From: Nanobdellati archaeon
GTDB taxonomy: Archaea; Nanobdellota; Nanobdellia; Woesearchaeales; GCA-2686295
Direction: 5' to 3'
Assembly (NCBI GenBank): GCA_014384375.1
Contig: JACNFY010000034.1
Location: 1,674 to 65,673 of the forward strand
DNA: 64,000 bases
A model generated the notes under the pieces. The model saw only the letters and a list, made by a program, of their open reading frames with translations, ran no database searches and had not been told where the DNA came from. Within the stretch, counting starts at the first letter, position 1; the number at the start of each line of letters is the position of its first letter. Below, piece after piece: positions 57,944 through 64,000 of this stretch. A program made the translations under genes and the position numbers.

Positions 57944-58986
57944 AAAAATACTTTGCGGTTGTAATGATAGCTTTGATGTTATTACATCCTGTAGCAGCAG
58001 GCACTTCGTATATTCGTGCAAACCAGCAGTTAATAGCTAGGGTGAATGATGATGGCTCTGTGGATTACTACCAGTTAGATGGCTTCAAAAACGTACGCTC
58101 ACTATTCAATGAGTCAGGCCTGAAAGAAATACAAGACTATCTGCCTTTCGGAACAGCACTATTCCAAACACCCACAGACTTACAGTATAAAAGCCATCTT
58201 TTAGAGTGGGTTTCTAACTTGTACGGTCTTTATTCCACACATACTGGAAGACGTTTAGTTCCTGCACCTGCACTTTTCGCAGCAGGCACTCAGTTCCTTA
58301 ATGGTTATTTTGTTACGAATAATCCTTTTAAACAGTTATCTTTTAGGGTTCCAAACTTGTTTTCAACTGCTTCTTTAGAGCAGGCACCAAGAGGTGCAGT
58401 GTCATCAGGCTCTATATCAGGAGCAGGACCAACGAGAGCTGCTTTTGCACCAAATCTTTTCAGCTACACTTTTAATTTTGGTACTCCATTACAAAGGATT
58501 GCGATGGCAGGGAAAGGAGTTGGCGCTGCTATAACTATTGCTAGTATTGCTTGTTCTGTGTTTTGTAAACCTAATCCTACACCTGAAGTAGAAGAAAAAA
58601 AGGTTGAGGTAACGGAGGAGGGTAGAGCGATAGAACAAGCATTAGATGATCCTGATGTAGACAAAGTTAAGATTAAAACCGCAACACAAGTTGCTGATGG
58701 CGAATATAAAATTGAAGAAATAGAAGTTTCTTCAGTGAAAGCAGAAATTGGAAGATTAGAGCAAATCGTGATTGACTATGAAAAAGCTGGAGGAGTAAAA
58801 GAGGGGTTTGTACTCCTAAAGGACTATGGTGTTCTGATGGATGATGGAGCCATGAGATATGTGTTTGTGAATTACAACGAAGTGCCTCGTACGTATGGAA
58901 TAAATATATACCCAGGAGATACTTTTTTAGAGCAAACTGTTGTACAATGGACTGCTGCCAGTACCGCTACTGATACTAATCCTTAA
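57940..58986 (+). CDS. secreted protein (unknown)
   Basis: Signal peptide MKKYFAVVMIALMLLHPVAAG followed by a Gly/Ala-rich soluble domain. Confidence 0.4.
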   Translation: MKKYFAVVMIALMLLHPVAAGTSYIRANQQLIARVNDDGSVDYYQLDGFKNVRSLFNESGLKEIQDYLPFGTALFQTPTDLQYKSHLLEWVSNLYGLYSTHTGRRLVPAPALFAAGTQFLNGYFVTNNPFKQLSFRVPNLFSTASLEQAPRGAVSSGSISGAGPTRAAFAPNLFSYTFNFGTPLQRIAMAGKGVGAAITIASIACSVFCKPNPTPEVEEKKVEVTEEGRAIEQALDDPDVDKVKIKTATQVADGEYKIEEIEVSSVKAEIGRLEQIVIDYEKAGGVKEGFVLLKDYGVLMDDGAMRYVFVNYNEVPRTYGINIYPGDTFLEQTVVQWTAASTATDTNP

Positions 58987-59002
58987 GAATTAGAGTTTTA
59001 GA

Positions 59003-61492
59003 ATGAACAGGAATCAATACAAATCGGTTGCATTGGCGATGGTTTACCTAGTTGTTTCTCTAGTGTTCCTTCATTCTGCAAGTGCTGCGCCTCCACAGAT
59101 TAGCGAGGGCGTAGGGGAACTTTCTTATGTAGAAGTCCTAGGCAGAATTCCAGGGATAAATGGCTTGAGTCAGCCTATCACCCTAATATATACTGGTGGA
59201 GCAGGAATAAAAACAGCTGCTGAGCCTTCTTTGGTCGGTTTAGGTTGGAGTTTGACTTTTGGCTCGATAAACAGAATGATTACTGGTATTCCTGATGATT
59301 ACGCTTACAAAGATTATAGAACTATTTATGTCAATAATTACGATGATTCCCAGACAGACGACACAAGGAGCTGGTGGGAGAAGTGGAAAGAAGTAGTTGT
59401 TTTCATCATAGTGCTTGTCGTTGTCGTTGTTGTTGCAGTATTAACTGGTGGAGCTAGTCTTGCTGGAACGGGAGCCGTTTTAAGTGCTATAGGAGGTGCT
59501 TTTGTAGGTGGATCCTTGATTGTCATAACTTTTGCAACGTCAGTAATCACTACTTTAGTATTGGCCTCTATGGAAGGGAAGCTGTCAGAGCTCAAGCTCT
59601 TTAAGGATGTTCTTGCACCTGCTCTTATAAGTGCAGCATTTGCTTTCATAGGGGGAGGGGTGGCAGATAAATTAGGACCTCTATTATCTGAAGGTGGTAA
59701 AATTGGCATCTTTTTGGCAGAGCATGGATTACAAGTAAGTGAAAAGATCATAGAAGTTTCATCTGTAGTGATGCAGGCTGGAACCTTTGTTCAGGCATCT
59801 GTTACTCTCGTACAGGTTTATGATTTTTTTAGAGGTAAAGCTCCTTACACAATAAATCAAGAGTGGAGGTCAATTTACAATACTGATACAGCTGCAGGAC
59901 TTTTTATTGAAAGACCTTTTGGTTACATAACTTATGATGAGTATTTCTCAGACCCAAGCTTATTACCTGATGATGCTAGAACTGATTGGTATAGCTTTTT
60001 TGACCCTTCGAATGCTGAGAAGATATTCATTCCTAGAACAGCTTTATATACTGCCAGCGATATAAAAGCAAGGGTTTACCAGTATCCTGCAAGAGAGTTT
60101 GGTAAAGCTGATATGGGAACCATGGATTCATGGACCATGTCAGGGGGTCCTGGCGGAACCATGCATTACGAGCCGTTCAAAGGCTTTAGGACTTTGAATG
60201 GTTTCAAGAGTCCGGAGATAGAATACTTCAGGGGTGACTCAGGGCTTATAGAGATGTTTGTCGTGACAGACATAGGTGGTAAGAGGTTTGTTTATGGATC
60301 TTTAAATCATGATGCTGGGGATAAAGAATGGGTTTATGTTTCAGGAGCTTTCGCTTATTACTATATGTTTATGGAAGGAAATGATCAGGAAACGAAGAAT
60401 AAGCATACATTTGCCGAGTTCACACTTGATCCTTATGTTATCAATTGGAAGCTAACAGCTGTTCTTGGCCCAGAGTATCGAGGTCCATTGAATCCTTTGG
60501 AAAACTCTGTTGTTAAATTTGGAAGTTCAGAATGCTCTTTAGGAACAGGTGAATATTGCTTGTCTTGGATAGGTTCAAATAAAGTCGAAGTTTTCCCTGA
60601 TGGAAGTTATGAATGTTCCTCGCTAGGTACTTCTTATCCTTGTGAAGTAATCCACGACACCAGCCATGGCTCTTGGGTTGCTTACACTTATAAGACTGTT
60701 TATGCTAAGGACGAGCCTACCGGTAGTTGTGGCTATAACTTTGGCCAGTTAGATGGTCAGCCTTCAAAGCAGATAGAGCCAGAGGAGGGTTGTTTTGTTG
60801 GTAGTACTCCTTGCATAAAGGATGAGCAGGGCAATAAGTGGGAGATAGTATACGATGAATCATACTTTGGGGGTTATGGTAGCAAGTCATATATCAACAG
60901 GATTTACACTCCTGTAGCAGAGGCTAGGTTCTCTACTTCGGAGAGATTGGATGCTTTGGAGTCTGATTACTGGACTAATGATGAGCTAGGCGCTGCTGAT
61001 GCTTATCCGTCTGGCATGAATGTTGGGGAGGACTATAGTGGTAATCTTTTTGATTATTGGAAAACTCCTTGGACTTATGACCATAATTTGCATGCGTTCA
61101 GCTGCCGTGACGGCAGCTATAGTTCTGTTTGGTGTGCAGGCACTGAGATTTATGACGGTTCAGAGTATCTAGCTGCGAATGGGAACAGTTTCCCATTCAC
61201 ATGCGATGCTAATCCAGTTGACCGCTTGCACAAGTTGAACACTGTGGAAATATTGATGTATAATGATAACTCACAACCTGAGAGGGTTAAGAAGATATAT
61301 TTCAACAAGTACCTTTCAGGAACAAGTCTGTATACTGTTTCACAAGCAAACCAGTATAGGCTGAAGAAGTACTCAGCTAAGGGTGCTCCTAGTTATAATC
61401 GCGGCGTTTATACTTTGAATAGTGTGGTTGTTTGTGGACAGACAGATAGCATTTGTGATGATGAGTTCACGTTTGCGTATAATGAGGTATGA
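59003..61492 (+). CDS. large secreted/membrane protein (829 aa) with internal hydrophobic block and Cys-rich extracellular domain
   Basis: Signal peptide, then a ~120-aa stretch of Gly/Ala/Val TM helices (VVFIIVLVVVVVVAVLTGGAS...), then a ~550-aa domain rich in Cys, Tyr and Gly. Confidence 0.45.
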   Translation: MNRNQYKSVALAMVYLVVSLVFLHSASAAPPQISEGVGELSYVEVLGRIPGINGLSQPITLIYTGGAGIKTAAEPSLVGLGWSLTFGSINRMITGIPDDYAYKDYRTIYVNNYDDSQTDDTRSWWEKWKEVVVFIIVLVVVVVVAVLTGGASLAGTGAVLSAIGGAFVGGSLIVITFATSVITTLVLASMEGKLSELKLFKDVLAPALISAAFAFIGGGVADKLGPLLSEGGKIGIFLAEHGLQVSEKIIEVSSVVMQAGTFVQASVTLVQVYDFFRGKAPYTINQEWRSIYNTDTAAGLFIERPFGYITYDEYFSDPSLLPDDARTDWYSFFDPSNAEKIFIPRTALYTASDIKARVYQYPAREFGKADMGTMDSWTMSGGPGGTMHYEPFKGFRTLNGFKSPEIEYFRGDSGLIEMFVVTDIGGKRFVYGSLNHDAGDKEWVYVSGAFAYYYMFMEGNDQETKNKHTFAEFTLDPYVINWKLTAVLGPEYRGPLNPLENSVVKFGSSECSLGTGEYCLSWIGSNKVEVFPDGSYECSSLGTSYPCEVIHDTSHGSWVAYTYKTVYAKDEPTGSCGYNFGQLDGQPSKQIEPEEGCFVGSTPCIKDEQGNKWEIVYDESYFGGYGSKSYINRIYTPVAEARFSTSERLDALESDYWTNDELGAADAYPSGMNVGEDYSGNLFDYWKTPWTYDHNLHAFSCRDGSYSSVWCAGTEIYDGSEYLAANGNSFPFTCDANPVDRLHKLNTVEILMYNDNSQPERVKKIYFNKYLSGTSLYTVSQANQYRLKKYSAKGAPSYNRGVYTLNSVVVCGQTDSICDDEFTFAYNEV

Positions 61493-62847
61493 TTAGTAAG
61501 ATGAGAAAGAAAGTATTATTCGTGATGTTGTCGCTTTTCTTGATTAGTGTTAGCCCTGACTTTACAATTGCAGGGTTGCAAGAGTATTGCCTTGAAAAGT
61601 ACTGTGAACCAATTTGTGACTGTAGTGGTGAAACTGAGTGTAACGATATTGCGCAGAATGCTTTTTGGAAAGGTCAAGCAATGCCTGGGGAGGTAGACTT
61701 TTTTTGTGAGGATTATCTGGAAACAGATGTGTATGGAGGTGTAGCTTGTGATTTTGAGCCTTCAGGTATAACTTTAGACTTGAGCACAGCTCAGGGAAGG
61801 TCAAATGAAATAAGATACATTCATGGGAAAAGGGTTTACGTGGATGAGGACACTATTGGTCAGTGTAGCGTAACTTACGGAGGTTCTTCTCCAACCTATG
61901 TTGTGACTAGTGCGCAGAGGATACCCTTGGGGAGTTATGAGACAACCACATTTTCTGGTTGTCAAATTGGTAAGCCAAAAAAAGTTAGTTCCGCAACAAC
62001 CCAGGGGAATTCAATCATATACCCTCCAACTAAGGCAACTCTTTACAGATATGAATTTAATTATGATAATGTCGGCGGCTCTGGCACAGTATGCGGAGCT
62101 AACGAATACTGTATCTTAAAGAAATCTGGCGATAATTTCGGTGTTTGCAAAACAATCGAGAATATTGAGGACTTTACTGATGTATTCGGGTATTTCTGTC
62201 CGGGTTGTAGTAAGAATGAGAGGAATTCAGGTACGACGTTGCAGATGAAGTTCAGTCCTATATTAGCTGATAATTTTGATGCTTGGGCTTTAAGCACTGT
62301 TCAGGATTCCATAGGAAATGTCTACACTATCTATTATGAGCCTAAAGAATGGTTCACATCAAGAGGGGACATGTCAAATGGCGGTGTCAATTATTATCAT
62401 TCTGGCATGACTGAATGCATTTCAAACTTTGGTCCGGGTGTTAGAGTGGCTAGTATGGAGGTTTGTAATGACATGGGTGATTGTGTTACAACAAGCAATA
62501 ATTATGAGCTTAATGACACTAATCTGGATTGTATAAGGACTTCTGGAGTTGTTGACGTGGTTCCAGTAACAAAGGCAAAGAGTGCGTATCGACGTTTAAA
62601 ATCGCCTCTCTTACATCCCGATGGTACACATAAAACTATGAGACTCGAAGACGTTGACGTTAGGAAGGGTTCTCATCTGGCAGTACCAAATGTAGCAGGA
62701 GGAGTGATGTACAACCAAGTCGGTTTAAGAGTGTCTGGTACGCCTGGCAGGATAACTAACAAGTATTTCACAACAGACAGTTCAGCAGATAGCCTAGACA
62801 ACTTTTTTGATTATAGCTTTTTAGATAAAGGGTTTATATTAAGATGA
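61489..62847 (+). CDS. secreted Cys-rich protein
   Basis: Signal peptide MRKKVLFVMLSLFLISVSP and many Cys (CLEKYCEPICDCSGETECND...). Confidence 0.4.
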   Translation: MISKMRKKVLFVMLSLFLISVSPDFTIAGLQEYCLEKYCEPICDCSGETECNDIAQNAFWKGQAMPGEVDFFCEDYLETDVYGGVACDFEPSGITLDLSTAQGRSNEIRYIHGKRVYVDEDTIGQCSVTYGGSSPTYVVTSAQRIPLGSYETTTFSGCQIGKPKKVSSATTQGNSIIYPPTKATLYRYEFNYDNVGGSGTVCGANEYCILKKSGDNFGVCKTIENIEDFTDVFGYFCPGCSKNERNSGTTLQMKFSPILADNFDAWALSTVQDSIGNVYTIYYEPKEWFTSRGDMSNGGVNYYHSGMTECISNFGPGVRVASMEVCNDMGDCVTTSNNYELNDTNLDCIRTSGVVDVVPVTKAKSAYRRLKSPLLHPDGTHKTMRLEDVDVRKGSHLAVPNVAGGVMYNQVGLRVSGTPGRITNKYFTTDSSADSLDNFFDYSFLDKGFILR

Positions 62848-64000
62848 GAAAAAAAGATTTCATAATGAAAATAGCAAGAATGTTGGTTATAGTGTTTGCT
62901 CTTGTTTTTTCTTCATTGCTCACTTTAGCTGCTCAACCGGCTGATTGTAACAACATAGGAGGAATTTATTGTAATGATGGAAAATGTTATACCGCTCCTA
63001 ACAATTTAAGTGTGGGTGCAAGTGTGTCATGCACTATAGACTCTGTTCAGGAGATTGATGTGGGTCTATCTAATTTAAATTTAGCAAATGGTTTTTTATA
63101 CTTTGCTACTCTGACAATAAATTCTGGAGCCAAGCTTCACTTTTATAATAGTGAGGGAATAACAAATCAAGCTCATTTAATAGACCCTTCAAACTCAGGT
63201 AGGGGTGGCAGAGGAAGCAAGACCAAGTATGGAAAATATGGTGGTGACGGCGGAGGAGGTGGCTTAGTTGGTGCAGGAGGTCAAGCTGGTAGCAGAGGTA
63301 AAGGACCGAATAGCTATGGACCAACAAGCGGAGGAAATAATTTAGATTCAAAGCCTGGAGCAGCGATAGGGATAATCGCACAGACTTTGACTTTGAATGG
63401 CGAACTCTCTGTTTCAGCTTATGGTTCTGGTGATAGTGCATCAGACGCTGGTGGGGATGGTCCTGGTGGTGGTGGTGGCGGCGCAGGTGGCGCAGGCGGA
63501 GGTCTCCTAGTTCTTAGTGTTAGAACATTTAGTGGTGCTGGAACTATAAATGCTATAGGTGCTAATGGTGGAAGTGGTGGTGATGGTGGTCACAAGTGGC
63601 TTAGTCGTCACTCAGGTGGAGGTGGAGGTGGAGGCGGTGGTGGAGCTGGAGGAGTAGTGTATTTCAATAAGACCTCTGGTCCTTCAATTAATGTTGATCG
63701 CGGTGCAGGAGGTTCAAGAGGTAGCGAAGGTGCTAATGCTGCAGCTAATGGTCATGCCGGGAGCAACGGTAAGCCTGGAAAAACTTATTTGGGCAATATC
63801 TGGAGTATAGAAGAGAACTTCTCAAACATAGATCTTACAGCAATGGACTTTGATATAAGTCTTGACCTTACCAAGTTCTGGGATTACCCAGAGACGTTTA
63901 GAGACAACATATTGGACCAAGCCAGACTTTCCAAGAGCTGGATGAGAGGCTATCCTTACCATACTATCTACGAAGCAGAAGATTATGCGACTTGTGAAGG
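62844..64000 (+). CDS. secreted Gly-rich repeat protein (3' partial; runs off window end)
   Basis: ATG at 62844 overlapping the upstream stop (ATGA). Signal peptide MKIARMLVIVFALVFSSLLTLAA, then long poly-Gly tracts (GGDGGGGGL, GDGPGGGGGGAGGAGGG, SGGGGGGGGGAGG). The frame is open to position 64000. It is not in the supplied ORF track because it has no stop in the window. Confidence 0.5.
   Translation, partial: MRKKDFIMKIARMLVIVFALVFSSLLTLAAQPADCNNIGGIYCNDGKCYTAPNNLSVGASVSCTIDSVQEIDVGLSNLNLANGFLYFATLTINSGAKLHFYNSEGITNQAHLIDPSNSGRGGRGSKTKYGKYGGDGGGGGLVGAGGQAGSRGKGPNSYGPTSGGNNLDSKPGAAIGIIAQTLTLNGELSVSAYGSGDSASDAGGDGPGGGGGGAGGAGGGLLVLSVRTFSGAGTINAIGANGGSGGDGGHKWLSRHSGGGGGGGGGGAGGVVYFNKTSGPSINVDRGAGGSRGSEGANAAANGHAGSNGKPGKTYLGNIWSIEENFSNIDLTAMDFDISLDLTKFWDYPETFRDNILDQARLSKSWMRGYPYHTIYEAEDYATCE

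Noticed and set aside
59338-59751. 137-aa minus-strand ORF inside the 829-aa gene
   Set aside because: It is antisense to the Val/Gly-rich TM block and shows composition-driven Thr/Pro/Ala runs.
1-64000. CRISPR arrays, rRNA genes, integrases or transposases
   Set aside because: No regularly spaced direct repeats with unique spacers were seen. No rRNA-like conserved stretches, DDE transposase or tyrosine-recombinase motifs were recognised. The only regular repeats are in-frame coding repeats at 26390-26790.

Overview
AT-rich (~30% GC by eye) archaeal-type chromosome segment, probably from a DPANN-like small-genome archaeon. Supporting signs are archaeal information-processing genes (TFS, Sec11-type signal peptidase, archaeal CCA-adding enzyme, Taw1, Hel308-like helicase), short intergenic spacers, ATGA start/stop overlaps and many charged Lys/Glu-rich proteins. 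The window has four parts.

(1) Positions 1-19.9 kb are an accessory locus unusually rich in radical-SAM enzymes. I count seven rSAM genes: four paralogous SPASM-type, one B12-binding, one partial at the window edge, and later one activase-like. Each sits beside a pol-beta-type nucleotidyltransferase-fold (NTase) protein; there are five NTase-fold proteins plus one decayed copy. The locus also holds GT-C and GT2 glycosyltransferases, a SAM methyltransferase, a membrane-tethered CDA-fold deaminase, a WYL-domain protein and a HEPN/MNT toxin-antitoxin pair. The tandem NTase + rSAM/SPASM units at 11.8-19.9 kb are the best candidate for an undescribed modification or defence system.

(2) Positions 20-23 kb hold only the C-terminal half of a Hel308/Ski2 helicase. 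It is interrupted in motif V by a 515-aa LAGLIDADG intein, and the N-terminal RecA1 half is not adjacent, so this looks like a split gene.

(3) Positions 23-52 kb are mostly housekeeping. They include a co-localised thymidylate/folate cycle (thyA, folA, tmk, a deoxynucleoside kinase, glyA, folC, dCMP deaminase), Nth, TFS, Taw1, the CCA-adding enzyme, a Nudix hydrolase and tRNA-Leu(CAG), which carries an apparent 16-nt non-canonical insertion in the T-arm. Accessory cassettes are interspersed: VapBC, MoxR-vWA and a Fic protein. A secreted 742-aa coiled-coil repeat protein is also here.

(4) Positions 52.4-64 kb are a locus of secreted or membrane-anchored Cys-rich and Gly-rich proteins built around an ABC exporter, with visibly higher GC.

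No CRISPR array, rRNA or integrase was seen. All functional calls are by-eye motif recognition; no searches could be run.
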